From: a virus
Length of the DNA stretch: 64,000 bases
Reading direction: 5' to 3' (one strand)
Virus record (IMG/VR): IMGVR_UViG_3300032236_001180
Span: 32,001-96,000 of that record
The notes beneath the pieces were generated by a model. The model did no database searches. It had not been told where the DNA came from and worked only from the letters and a program-made list of their open reading frames with translations. Both the position numbers and the translations under genes were made by a program. Positions 8,424 to 17,920 of the stretch are shown here, in pieces (within the stretch, counting starts at the first letter, position 1; each line of letters starts with the position of its first letter).

Positions 8424-9191
8424 ATGGCACGTAGAAGAAGAAGTTCCCAAGAGAATCAAAATCTTGGTGTTGGTAGCAGTATGACTTCTAGGCAAATGAA
8501 AAGAAAGAAGCCAATTAATCTAGCTTCTCTAATTGACATTGAACCACTTACTGAAAATCAAAAGAAATTATTTGAACATTACAGTGAAGGTAAAAATATC
8601 TTTGCACACGGAGTTCCTGGATCGGGGAAAACATTTTCGCTTTTGTATAAAGCACTTCAAGATGTATTGGATGAAACTTCGCCATATGAAAAGATCTATA
8701 TTGTTCGTTCATTAGTTCAAACAAGAGAGATTGGTTTTATGCCTGGTGGTGAAGATGATAAAAAATCATTATTTGAAATTCCATATAAAAATATGGTAAA
8801 ATATATGTTTCAAATGCCATCCGATGCTGACTTTGAAATGCTTTATGGTAATCTAAAAGCACAAAATACTATTTCATTTTGGTGTACTTCTTTTATTCGT
8901 GGAATAACACTTGATAATTGTATAATTATTGTAGATGAAGCACAAAACTGTAATGCTCACGAATGTTTTTCTGTAATCTCAAGAGTCGGTGAGAATACAA
9001 AAATTATGTTCGCTGGTGATGTAGAACAAAGTGATTTGATTAAAACTTCGGAAAGAAATGGAATCATAGATTTCATTAAAATTATTGATATTATGCCCTC
9101 ATTCGAAAGAATTGAATTTGATGTTGATGATATTGTAAGATCATCATTAGTTAAAGAATTTGTAGTTGCTAAAAAATCTTTGGGAATGTAA
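8424..9191 (+). CDS. phoH: PhoH-family ATPase
   Basis: PLTENQ, Walker A GVPGSGKT, IGFMPG, FIRGITLDN, IIVDEAQN, GDVEQSDL, DIVRS. Confidence 0.95.
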   Translation: MARRRRSSQENQNLGVGSSMTSRQMKRKKPINLASLIDIEPLTENQKKLFEHYSEGKNIFAHGVPGSGKTFSLLYKALQDVLDETSPYEKIYIVRSLVQTREIGFMPGGEDDKKSLFEIPYKNMVKYMFQMPSDADFEMLYGNLKAQNTISFWCTSFIRGITLDNCIIIVDEAQNCNAHECFSVISRVGENTKIMFAGDVEQSDLIKTSERNGIIDFIKIIDIMPSFERIEFDVDDIVRSSLVKEFVVAKKSLGM

Positions 9192-9937
9192 TGACTAATC
9201 CTTGTATTGAAAAATATTTTGAACTCTATCCAGAAAAAAAAGTAGAGAAACCAACTGCCCGCTTTGAGCACGTTGAACTCAATTTATCTCCTTTGGATAG
9301 AGAAACCATTGATGGAGTACGATATTATTCTATTCCAAATGGAAATGGGAAACCAACAAAAATGGTTTCCATTACTTCTGTAACTAGTCACTTCAATCGT
9401 CAAATCTTTATTGATTGGAGAAGAAAAGTAGGTGATGTAAAAGCAGATGCAGTTACAAAAGCAGCAACTACAAGAGGAACAAACTTACATAGTTTAGTTG
9501 AGAATTATATTACCAATCAAGAACTTCCTGAAGTTCCAGAACCTGCTCCTACATTATTTAAAACAATTGAACCAGCACTTCAAAGAATGAATAAAATATA
9601 CGGAGTAGAAACTGCTCTGTATAGCACTGTATTGGGTGTTGCTGGTACTTGCGATACTATCGCAGAGTTTGATGAAGAACTTGCAATTATTGACTATAAG
9701 ACTTCTGCTAAACCAAAGCCTCGGGAATGGATTGAGAATTATTTTGTTCAGGCAATGTTTTATGGTATGGCTCTTTTTGAAAGAACTGGACTTCAAGTAA
9801 AGAAACTTGTTATTATTATGGCTTGTGAAAATGGAGAACTTGTTGTTTATGAAGAAAGAGATTTAGCGAAATATATGAAATTAGTTATTAAGTATATCAA
9901 AAAATTCACTAATGATAAGCTGCAAGAATACGCTTGA
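9191..9937 (+). CDS. PD-(D/E)XK exonuclease
   Basis: SITSV, RGTNLH, AGTCD, IIDYKTS, YFVQ...Y; standard position after phoH. Confidence 0.88.
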   Translation: MTNPCIEKYFELYPEKKVEKPTARFEHVELNLSPLDRETIDGVRYYSIPNGNGKPTKMVSITSVTSHFNRQIFIDWRRKVGDVKADAVTKAATTRGTNLHSLVENYITNQELPEVPEPAPTLFKTIEPALQRMNKIYGVETALYSTVLGVAGTCDTIAEFDEELAIIDYKTSAKPKPREWIENYFVQAMFYGMALFERTGLQVKKLVIIMACENGELVVYEERDLAKYMKLVIKYIKKFTNDKLQEYA

Positions 9938-9962
9938 CAGATTGATTAATTTATCTTATAAT
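9934..9962 (+). promoter_or_regulatory. sigma70-type promoter
   Basis: TTGACA-17 bp-TATAAT, perfect consensus. Confidence 0.85.
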
Positions 9963-9969
9963 AAATATT

Positions 9970-10284
9970 ATGTTATGGTGTCCTATGCCTAATCCATTAG
10001 AAAGTTTTTTAAATCTAAATCTACCCAGTATGAATGACGAAATAAAAGAAGAGTTAAGCAATAAGTTCTTATGTCCTCAAAAATTTGCTCAAGATATTGA
10101 GCAAATTGTAAAAATCTCAAAAGTCAATTATATTGATGCGATTGTAACTTATTGCGAACAGAATAATATTGAAATTGAGACAGTTTCAAAATTAGTTTCA
10201 AAACCACTTAAAGAAAAATTAAAATGTGATGCTATTCATTTGAATTTTCTCAAAAAGACCACCAAGGCACGTTTGCCTATATGA
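9970..10284 (+). CDS. g33: late-transcription coactivator gp33 (start may be at 9985 or 10030)
   Basis: FAQDIE...NYIDAIVTYCEQNNIEIE..SKLVSKPLKEKL..A..LNFLKK; synteny with g59 and g32. Confidence 0.88.
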   Translation: MLWCPMPNPLESFLNLNLPSMNDEIKEELSNKFLCPQKFAQDIEQIVKISKVNYIDAIVTYCEQNNIEIETVSKLVSKPLKEKLKCDAIHLNFLKKTTKARLPI

Positions 10285-10874
10285 GTCCATTTGAAGTTTA
10301 TTCAAATTTTTTAGCATTCAAAAATCACTTCACTAAGAAAAATTACGATTACTTTAAATATTGTGGAAAGACTAGAGCATCTCTAGATAGTTTTCATAAA
10401 AGAAAGGATCGTTATTTTTTTGAAAAAATGTCACGTCAAAAAAATGATGAGCAAATAAAATCTTTTTTTGTTGCTAATTTTGCCGAATGTAATGATCCAG
10501 AAAGACTATGGATCGGTGATATTATTCGCAATGGTGAAGATACATACTCAAATTGGTTAAAAAAATCTCAAAGTTTAACTTATTTGTTTAAAACTGAATG
10601 TGAAGTTTTTATATCAAAAGAAAATTTTGAAAACTTATTTGATTGTAAAAATGGCAATCATCCTGAACTACTTAAAAAGTATCTACAAAAAGCACTTACA
10701 TTAGAAACCTTAGTTATTTTGAATATGATTTTAGATTATGCAAAAGATTTTGATAAAAAAATGAATGATCCTGTGTGGGAAATGATGAGTTTAAAAATTC
10801 AGAAGTACCAATGTTTCATAAATATTGATGTAGCAGGATATAAGAAAATCCTCAAGGAGATTGTTTATGAGTAA
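10281..10874 (+). CDS. g59: helicase loader gp59
   Basis: FKNHFTKKNYDYFKY.GK, SFHKRKDRYFFEK; synteny. Confidence 0.9.
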   Translation: MSPFEVYSNFLAFKNHFTKKNYDYFKYCGKTRASLDSFHKRKDRYFFEKMSRQKNDEQIKSFFVANFAECNDPERLWIGDIIRNGEDTYSNWLKKSQSLTYLFKTECEVFISKENFENLFDCKNGNHPELLKKYLQKALTLETLVILNMILDYAKDFDKKMNDPVWEMMSLKIQKYQCFINIDVAGYKKILKEIVYE

Positions 10875-11199
10875 TTTTTTTGACTCCGAATTAGTCAGAG
10901 AATCTTTGATAGAACTAGACCAATTGCAAGAAAAACTTTTCAATCAATTGTTTGAACTTCCTTATTCCACAAAAGAAAAAAAGAAGGAACATTTGAATAC
11001 AATGAGAGAATTTTTAGAAAAACAAAAATTGTTTATTTTTAGAATGTCTCTTTCTGATGATCCAGAAGCAATGCAATTAAAAGAAAAAATCACACAATCC
11101 GCTCAACTTTTTGGATTTAATCCAGAAAAAGGATTAAGTGTTTTCTTTGGGCAATTAGAAAATACTATCAATAAACTCGAAGAATCACTTGACGACTGA
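10867..11199 (+). CDS. conserved cyanophage hypothetical protein
   Basis: FFDSELVR...LEKQK...RMSLSDDPEA; usual position between g59 and g32. Confidence 0.75.
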   Translation: MSNFFDSELVRESLIELDQLQEKLFNQLFELPYSTKEKKKEHLNTMREFLEKQKLFIFRMSLSDDPEAMQLKEKITQSAQLFGFNPEKGLSVFFGQLENTINKLEESLDD

Positions 11200-11217
11200 C
11201 TTTATATCTGCTACACT
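11189..11217 (+). promoter_or_regulatory. sigma70-type promoter for g32
   Basis: TTGACG-17 bp-TACACT with extended -10 TG. Confidence 0.65.
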
Positions 11218-11259
11218 TAAAAAGTACAATCCAAAACATCCAATTTATCCAAAAATCCT

Positions 11260-12165
11260 ATGTCATTCGCTAATCTTAAAAAACAATCCAAACTTGGTTC
11301 TTTAACCGAAAAACTAGTCAAAGAAGTTGAAAAACTGAATAGTGCTGGTTCTTCTGAAGATGATCGTTATTGGAAATTGACCACAGATAAGAGCCAAAAT
11401 GGTTATGCGGTTATTCGCTTTCTCCCTGCTCCCGATGGAGAAGATATTCCATTTGTGAAAATTTATTCCCACGCATTCCAAGGTTCTGGTGGATGGTTGA
11501 TTGATAATTGTGTTACTACACTTGGTCAACAATGTCCTATCTGCGAGCACAACTCTGGTCTCTGGAATTCAGGAATTGACGCAAACAAAGAAATTGCTCG
11601 TAAGCAGAAAAGAAAACTGACTTACATCAGCAATATCTATGTCGTAAAAGATCCTTCTAATCCCGAAAATGAAGGTAAAGTTTTCCTTTATAAGTATGGT
11701 AAAAAAATCTTTGATAAGATTTCTGCTGCTATGAAACCAGAGTTTGAAGATGAAACTCCAATTGATCCATTTGATTTCTGGCAAGGTGCTAACTTCAAAT
11801 TGAAGGCAAAGAACGTTGCTGGTTATCGTAATTATGATTCTAGTGAGTTTGCTGCTCCTGGTGCTCTTCTAGATAATGATGATGAACTAGAAGCAATCTG
11901 GAAGCAAGAGTTTTCTCTCGCTGAACTTGTTGCTAACGATCAGTTCAAGTCTTATGACGATTTGAAGAAGCGTCTTTCTTCTGTTCTTGGGACTAAAGGT
12001 GCTCGCACCCAAGATCCAGAAACAGTATCTGAGGAAGATGAGTATGAGGTAGAGCGTTCAACGAAGAGTACTTCTTCTTTTAGTTCTTCGTCTAGTTCTA
12101 GTTCTGATGATGATGAAGACGAGGATGAAGCATTGTCATACTTCTCTAAGCTCGCTAACTCCTGA
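11260..12165 (+). CDS. g32: single-stranded DNA-binding protein gp32
   Basis: NGYAVIRFLPAP, HAFQG, C..T.G..CP.CE, KYGKKIFDKI, PFDFWQGANFKLK, NYDSSEF, acidic tail. Confidence 0.97.
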   Translation: MSFANLKKQSKLGSLTEKLVKEVEKLNSAGSSEDDRYWKLTTDKSQNGYAVIRFLPAPDGEDIPFVKIYSHAFQGSGGWLIDNCVTTLGQQCPICEHNSGLWNSGIDANKEIARKQKRKLTYISNIYVVKDPSNPENEGKVFLYKYGKKIFDKISAAMKPEFEDETPIDPFDFWQGANFKLKAKNVAGYRNYDSSEFAAPGALLDNDDELEAIWKQEFSLAELVANDQFKSYDDLKKRLSSVLGTKGARTQDPETVSEEDEYEVERSTKSTSSFSSSSSSSSDDDEDEDEALSYFSKLANS

Positions 12166-12192
12166 TTTCAAAATCAACTTTTAATTACCTTT

Positions 12193-12223
12193 ATCCCCGG
12201 AAAAAATTTCCGGGGATTTTTTT
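12193..12223 (+). terminator. rho-independent terminator between convergent g32 and g53
   Basis: ATCCCCGGAAA-AAA-TTTCCGGGGAT followed by a T run. Confidence 0.85.
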
Positions 12224-12236
12224 GTCCGTAGGGTTT

Positions 12237-12896
12237 TTATACGCCAGTTAGATTTGGATTATAAGATTGCTTAGTAGTTTGATTGACATATTGTGAAGAT
12301 TGATCATATTTCATTATATTTCTCATATCTGTAATAACTACTGATAGATATGCTGGTTTTAATACTCTTATCTTTCTTTTTTCTTCATTGATGTTAGTTT
12401 CATACTCATAATTTGTTACTTGTTTCACGGGTGAAATTGTGAATACTGTATTGTCAAATTTAGTATAAGTAACTGTAAAATCAGAATCTACTTGAAGTCC
12501 AGATGGAACTACAAGGCGATCATATTCATCTTTTACTTCGGTAGTCTCATAATGATGAATATCCGATAGTGCTTCTTCTGATCCATACTTATCTAACATA
12601 TAATTGTATAGATCATTATTACTCAAAGGCCACTGTTCTCTTACATTTGTGATATTATTAGTAATTAAAATAACCCAATCAAGTTCTGGATCATTATAAA
12701 GTTTAGAAGCAACTACTTCCGGTCTTTGGTTGTCTTCTATTTGATAATAATTAAAAGCAGTAATAATATTAATTATATCTGTCCTTAACTTTGCTCTTTT
12801 GAAAAGATTTTTGACAGTAATATATTCTTCGTTTGAGCTTACATCAGGCAAACGAGAAATATATGATATATTTGGAAGTTCCTTGAAGTATGCCAT
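12237..12896 (-). CDS. g53: baseplate wedge protein gp53
   Basis: YFKELPNI.Y, KNLFKR, RPEVVA.KLY...LDWVILITNNI, WPL, IHHYET, NEEKRKI. Confidence 0.9.
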   Translation of the reverse strand: MAYFKELPNISYISRLPDVSSNEEYITVKNLFKRAKLRTDIINIITAFNYYQIEDNQRPEVVASKLYNDPELDWVILITNNITNVREQWPLSNNDLYNYMLDKYGSEEALSDIHHYETTEVKDEYDRLVVPSGLQVDSDFTVTYTKFDNTVFTISPVKQVTNYEYETNINEEKRKIRVLKPAYLSVVITDMRNIMKYDQSSQYVNQTTKQSYNPNLTGV

Positions 12897-12897
12897 T

Positions 12898-14400
12898 TTA
12901 GTATCCTACCTCATCATCTGAAATTGGGTAAAGATCGCCAAGAGGGTTTTTATTTGCATTTCTTCCGTCTTCAATATTACTTTGATAATCAGTATCATAA
13001 ATTGGCTCAAGTTCTTTGAATGACATATTCATAATCACAGATACTGGTTGTCCTTCATCATATGCCGCCCAATTTCCATCGGCAGCATAATTCATAGCAA
13101 ATCCAGTTAAAGCACAAGTTTTAATACGATTTACACCTTTGATTGGGTTTCCTCCGGAAGTCTTATACTGTAACTGAAAAACATTTGGTGTTCCTAAAAA
13201 ATATGATGCTGCTCCTGCCAATCCATATGTAGCGTTTCCTGATGTACTATTTTGTTTTTTTGCTGCCATTCCTTGCTTGAAGAATCTTATAATTTTATTG
13301 ACCTCATTTGCTTCTTCTTTACTTCTTGGGCTCAATCTATATTGAAATGTAAATTCTCTCAATGTGGGAGAATTAAATAAAAGTTCAAGATTACTATTTG
13401 GAACAACTCCAAATCCTCTTGCTAAAATACTTTCTGGTGATACTGAAAATCCAGCCGTTGATAAAATTTTAGATGCTCCGGCAGTTTTTAATAGTGCCTG
13501 TGCCCCTTGCGAATTTGAAGCTGCGCTCAATAATTTAGATAACATTGCTCCTTGAACGCCTAGTGATGCTCCTTGATTTGCTCCTGTTCCAACTAACGCC
13601 GATATAAGAGCTGCTGTTCCACCAGCAGCTGCATAACTTCCAAGATTGCCTAATATTTCGGCAGTAGCAGCAGCAGAAAGATTGTTCATATTATCATCAC
13701 CCCAAGAAACATTGTTAGAATCAGTCACATTATTTGGCATAGGTAATTTAACAATTCCTAAAAAATCTGCTAATGCAGAAGTTTTTTGTAATCCAGATGT
13801 TATTATTTCTTTTGCTCCCGCAGTTCCGCCAAATAATTGGTCAGATTTTGGTGGTTTGTAATGATATTGTCCTATCTGCAAGTAATCTTGTGTGTTGTTA
13901 TATAAAGCATCTTTTGGATATTGTAAGTTTATTTTTTTTAAATTGGTATCTACATATCCAAAATTTAAATTCTTTTTCAAATCATCTATATTAAAATCAA
14001 ATAAACCACCACCTCCTCCTGATGGTGCAGCCGGAGGTCCTCCCGCAGGTCCTTGTGCTCCTATTTCAACTGCAAGATTTTTTTGCATTGCATATTGAAT
14101 ATTTTGTGTAGTAAATGCATCATATCCAGAAAACATTACTGCCGAAAGACTTTTCGCATAATCATTTAAACTATTAGCTGTTATTCCTTTTTCAGTATCA
14201 ACATATTTTACTTGACCAGTATTAACATCAATTGTATATTTTAATCTTTTTATGATAGGGTCTTTACTATTTGCATCTACTGGTTTTCCGGCACTATATG
14301 TTAAAGGATCGCCAATAAGTTTACTAACATTTATAATTGTTCCTTTAACATTAATTGTACTATTTCCTGATGTGAAATTTATATTAGGATTTTGAGCCAT
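12898..14400 (-). CDS. g48: baseplate tail-tube cap gp48
   Basis: LPMPNNV.D.N.VSW, NLELLFNSPTLREFTFQY.LSPRS..EA, IKTCALT, ELEPIY. Confidence 0.88.
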   Translation of the reverse strand: MAQNPNINFTSGNSTINVKGTIINVSKLIGDPLTYSAGKPVDANSKDPIIKRLKYTIDVNTGQVKYVDTEKGITANSLNDYAKSLSAVMFSGYDAFTTQNIQYAMQKNLAVEIGAQGPAGGPPAAPSGGGGGLFDFNIDDLKKNLNFGYVDTNLKKINLQYPKDALYNNTQDYLQIGQYHYKPPKSDQLFGGTAGAKEIITSGLQKTSALADFLGIVKLPMPNNVTDSNNVSWGDDNMNNLSAAATAEILGNLGSYAAAGGTAALISALVGTGANQGASLGVQGAMLSKLLSAASNSQGAQALLKTAGASKILSTAGFSVSPESILARGFGVVPNSNLELLFNSPTLREFTFQYRLSPRSKEEANEVNKIIRFFKQGMAAKKQNSTSGNATYGLAGAASYFLGTPNVFQLQYKTSGGNPIKGVNRIKTCALTGFAMNYAADGNWAAYDEGQPVSVIMNMSFKELEPIYDTDYQSNIEDGRNANKNPLGDLYPISDDEVGY

Positions 14401-14916
14401 TTACGGTGCCGATAAGTTATCTGGATAATCCCAAACTTTGGATTTGAATACTGGTTGTCCTCTTCTATCTACAAATCTTTCGGTGGGAAGCAAAGAAACT
14501 TCTCTCCATTCACTTTCAGGTACTTTGAAAAAATGACTAGATACGCCAGAAAAAAGGTAATTATGTAAAGTTTTTCTTGGTGCATTCACGTTTCCTGATT
14601 TATTTATGTAAGAAGCCGCAACTCCTCCACGATATTGTGGATTCAAATAATGTAAATTGGAACCAAAGAATATTCCAGAATTCATATCAATATCTATAAT
14701 ATAAGTAAGTGGTTGCATATCCCAGAATTTATATTTTTGTGGATACTTTGCCGAATACATAAAAAATACTAAATCTCCTGGCGAAATAAAATTGGTATCA
14801 ATCTCACTAGAATCCTTATCTTGATACTTTGCTAGCTCATCCATCAATCTATTCGTATACCAGATGGTGGACCAGCGTTTAGTTCCCGCCTCTTTAAGTA
14901 TTTTTTCTGCGATCAT
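14401..14916 (-). CDS. g2: DNA end-protector protein gp2
   Basis: PGDLVFFMYSAK....WDMQPL, G.NLHYL, LPTERF. Confidence 0.82.
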   Translation of the reverse strand: MIAEKILKEAGTKRWSTIWYTNRLMDELAKYQDKDSSEIDTNFISPGDLVFFMYSAKYPQKYKFWDMQPLTYIIDIDMNSGIFFGSNLHYLNPQYRGGVAASYINKSGNVNAPRKTLHNYLFSGVSSHFFKVPESEWREVSLLPTERFVDRRGQPVFKSKVWDYPDNLSAP

Positions 14917-15686
14917 ATCTTTACTCTATTTTTAATATCTATCCCTCTTTTTCTTTGGTATACTGTTAATGGTCCAGGGGTAGTTATATGACCTGTTATG
15001 GTACATTTCCATTTTTGGGAATTTGTAGTTACTTTTGGGTTATTTTTATTATTGCTATCTATTAATCCTAAATTTTTTAGAATAAAATATCTACTAGTAT
15101 TATTTTTTTGTGCTGCTTCTTCTATTGATCTATATTCAATTCCCAGATAAGTAATTTTGTTACCTTTAAAAATTTTTCCTTTCATAAATTCACTATGCTT
15201 TTTGTGTTTTTCTTTATCGGTTCTATTTCTTTCCGCCATTTTCTTTAAATTTTCGGCATAGTAAGACATTGGTCTTGGATTATTTTTTAATTTTTCTTTC
15301 CAAGTATTTGATTGTTTTTGTTTTACTTCTTCTGGAAGTTTTTTTCCTTTTAAACTTATTTTATTTGCTGCACCTATTTTTGCTCTAACTTCTGGTCTTT
15401 TTGTTGGACTATCATTGCCACACATTTTAGGGGGACTATCACCCCCATTAGTTCTATTAAGAAGAATACCAGTTCCTAAATCCTTTCTACCGAACACAGC
15501 AATCATATAGACCTCGTGTCTAAATGCTTCTTCTTCGGTTAAGTTATTTTTAAGTATTAGTATTCTTGATTTATCTTTTGGTGGTTTAATATCTGTCTTA
15601 CGTCTTCTATATGCCCTATTACCTTTACCTTTTCCTATGTAATAGGGTGTTTTATCTTCTCTTAAATACGCATAAGTATAAAACAT
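14913..15686 (-). mobile_element. free-standing GIY-YIG-like homing endonuclease
   Basis: MFYTYAYLREDKTPYYIGKGKGNRAY...E...N.TNGG catalytic module plus basic NUMOD3-like repeats; inserted between g4 and g2; ATG at 15686 preferred. Confidence 0.85.
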
Positions 15687-15708
15687 ATCTTTTCTTGCCG
15701 AACTAATA

Positions 15709-16173
15709 TTATTTATGCCCGAATAATTCTTTTTCTGTAAGTATCTTAAATTCATATTTTCTATCAGCACACCATTCTTTTGCTGCTGTCCATTTTGCTT
15801 GATTGATTGCCCACATTTTGACCGAATATGCCCAAGATTTTGTTCTTCTAGCTGGATTTGTTTGTGGTTCCTTTAAGTCCTTTGCTGGTTTAATTTCTAC
15901 GACCATATTTCTTGTTTTTCCATCTTTATCTTTATATTTAATAAAAAAGTCTGGAAAGTATCTATGTGTTTTTCCGTCCAAAGGAGAACGATATGGAATC
16001 CAAAATTCTTCACTTTTCCAACTATTCACACTTTCAGTTAAATCACAATATTGCATAAACTTTAACTCATAAGAAGAACGATATACAATATTAGATACAT
16101 CTCCACCATACTTTTGTGGATTATGTGGGCGATATTTTCCTTGATTGTATTTACTATCTTCGTTACGTGACAT
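15709..16173 (-). CDS. g4: head completion nuclease gp4 (TnsA-like fold)
   Basis: GKYRP.NPQKY.GD..NIVYRSSYE..FM..CD, WKSEE..IPY.SP, YFPDF, VEIKP, NQAKW.AA. Confidence 0.93.
   Translation of the reverse strand: MSRNEDSKYNQGKYRPHNPQKYGGDVSNIVYRSSYELKFMQYCDLTESVNSWKSEEFWIPYRSPLDGKTHRYFPDFFIKYKDKDGKTRNMVVEIKPAKDLKEPQTNPARRTKSWAYSVKMWAINQAKWTAAKEWCADRKYEFKILTEKELFGHK
15710..15716 (-). promoter_or_regulatory. late-promoter-like ATAAATA upstream of the homing endonuclease
   Basis: Overlaps the g4 stop, about 24 nt before the ATG at 15686. Confidence 0.5.
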
Positions 16174-16197
16174 ACATAGTATAGAATCGTATACGCT

Positions 16198-16204
16198 TAT
16201 TTAG
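16198..16204 (-). promoter_or_regulatory. late-promoter-like CTAAATA for the g4-g53 block
   Basis: Reverse complement of TATTTAG, 25 nt upstream of the g4 ATG. Confidence 0.5.
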
Positions 16205-16984
16205 ATGGCTAGAGCAAATACATATAGAGTAGATCCTCTTTATGTAAAGATGACTACCCCGAGAGATATGGGGGGATCTTCTTTGCCTTCAGTTCAAGAG
16301 ATGTTTGGTAATGTATCTCTTACAAGTCAATTTAAAGTTAATATGTTTTTGGGTGGATCAAATGGGGCACAGGATGGAAATTTATTAGAATATTTAAACA
16401 AATGCGGAATAACGAATAATACATCAAAAACATTTACTTATGATTTTATGTGTGCGGAAGCAGTTCTTCCCGGAGCAACTTTTGATATGGGAGAAGAATA
16501 TGGAAGTCGTCAGGGCATAATTGAAAGATTTCCAAATCGTAGAATATTTTCAGATTTCAATTTAACTTTTTATGTTGATAGTGAATATAATATTATTCGT
16601 TTATTTGAAGAATGGATGAATTTTATAAATCCAATTTACACGAAGGATGGAGAACAAGCACCAAATCCTCGTGGTCAAGTTGGGTATGAACAAAGTGAAA
16701 ATTATTATAGATTTAAATACCCTGACCAATACAAAAGAATAATTTCAATTACTAAATTTGAAAGAGACTTTTTAGTAAATCCAAATAATCCAAAGAGTCC
16801 AACTGAAACACAAAATCTTTTAACATATCAATTTATTGATGCCTTTCCAACTAATATTACTGCACTTCCTTTATCCTACGAAGGAAGCACAATAACTAAA
16901 ACTACGATTAATTTTAGTTACACTAGATATACTACAATAAAACATAAAGGAACACAGATAAATCCATACTCAACTACTGCCTAA
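16205..16984 (+). CDS. g54: baseplate tail-tube initiator gp54-like
   Basis: CAEAVLPG, R.F.D.NLTFYVD, FEEWMNFI, YPDQYK, AFP..I...LSY; divergent from g4. Confidence 0.78.
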   Translation: MARANTYRVDPLYVKMTTPRDMGGSSLPSVQEMFGNVSLTSQFKVNMFLGGSNGAQDGNLLEYLNKCGITNNTSKTFTYDFMCAEAVLPGATFDMGEEYGSRQGIIERFPNRRIFSDFNLTFYVDSEYNIIRLFEEWMNFINPIYTKDGEQAPNPRGQVGYEQSENYYRFKYPDQYKRIISITKFERDFLVNPNNPKSPTETQNLLTYQFIDAFPTNITALPLSYEGSTITKTTINFSYTRYTTIKHKGTQINPYSTTA

Positions 16985-17015
16985 TAAATAATTAGAACTG
17001 AACTTAATCATTCAA

Positions 17016-17741
17016 ATGCCTTTACCAAAAATTGCTACACCACAATATTCTCTTGATTTGCCATCATCGGGAAAAACTATCAAATATCGTCCATTTTTAG
17101 TCAAAGAAGAAAAGATACTTATTCTTGCTCTTGAAAGCGAAGACGTAAAACAAATCACATCGGCAATCAAACAAGTTTTAAAAGATTGTATTTTAACAAA
17201 AGGAATTAAGGTAGAAGAACTTCCAACTTTTGATATTGAGTATATTTTTCTAAACGTTCGTGGAAAATCAGTTGGTGAAGCAATTGAACTGATTGTAACT
17301 TGCAGTGATGATGGAACTACCGAAGTTCCAGTTAAGATTTATATTGATGAAATTGAGGTTCAAAAAGATCCAGAGCACTCCACTGATATCAATTTGGGTG
17401 ATGGATTGGTATTGAGAATGAAGTATCCATCTTTGAATGAATTTATCAAAAACAACTTTGATTTTAGTTCAAATGACGTTTCTTCTATTGAAAAATCATT
17501 TGATATTGTTTCTTCTTGTATTGATATGGTCTTTAATGCCGACGAATCTTGGGCGGCAGCAGATTGTACTAAAAAGGAACTGAATGATTGGATTGAAACT
17601 TTGACTTCGCAGCAGTTCCAAGAAGTAGAAAAGTTCTTTAATACGATGCCCAAACTCGCACACACTTTTAAAGTGACTAATCCAAATACAAAAAAAGAAA
17701 ATGAAGTTACTTTGGAGGGACTGACAAGTTTTTTCGGTTGA
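17016..17741 (+). CDS. g26: baseplate hub subunit gp26
   Basis: MPLPKIATP.Y.L.LPSSGK.IKYRPFLVKEEKIL, FDIEYIFL..RGKSVGE, FFNTMPKL, LEGLTSFF; ATAAATA at 16984-16990. Confidence 0.92.
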   Translation: MPLPKIATPQYSLDLPSSGKTIKYRPFLVKEEKILILALESEDVKQITSAIKQVLKDCILTKGIKVEELPTFDIEYIFLNVRGKSVGEAIELIVTCSDDGTTEVPVKIYIDEIEVQKDPEHSTDINLGDGLVLRMKYPSLNEFIKNNFDFSSNDVSSIEKSFDIVSSCIDMVFNADESWAAADCTKKELNDWIETLTSQQFQEVEKFFNTMPKLAHTFKVTNPNTKKENEVTLEGLTSFFG

Positions 17742-17743
17742 TA

Positions 17744-17920
17744 ATGGCTCATATGGATCTTGAGTCATATTTTAAAATTAACTTCTCGTTGATGCAGCAT
17801 CATAAATATTCTTTGACTGAAATAGAAAATCTCATACCTTGGGAACGGGATATTTACCTAGCGTTATTAAATCAGTTTATAGAAGAAGAAAATTTAAAGG
17901 CACAACAAAGTAATGGTTAA
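17744..17920 (+). CDS. g51: baseplate hub assembly catalyst gp51
   Basis: YFKINFSLMQHHKYSLTEIENLIPWERDIY. Confidence 0.88.
   Translation: MAHMDLESYFKINFSLMQHHKYSLTEIENLIPWERDIYLALLNQFIEEENLKAQQSNG

Noticed and set aside
9191-9937. Exonuclease as a CRISPR Cas4
   Set aside because: No four-Cys Fe-S motif or cas context; it sits at the standard phoH-exonuclease-g33 locus.
15709-16173. TnsA-like nuclease as a Tn7 transposon gene
   Set aside because: Sequence and synteny match T4-like head completion protein gp4; no tnsB/tnsC or transposon ends.
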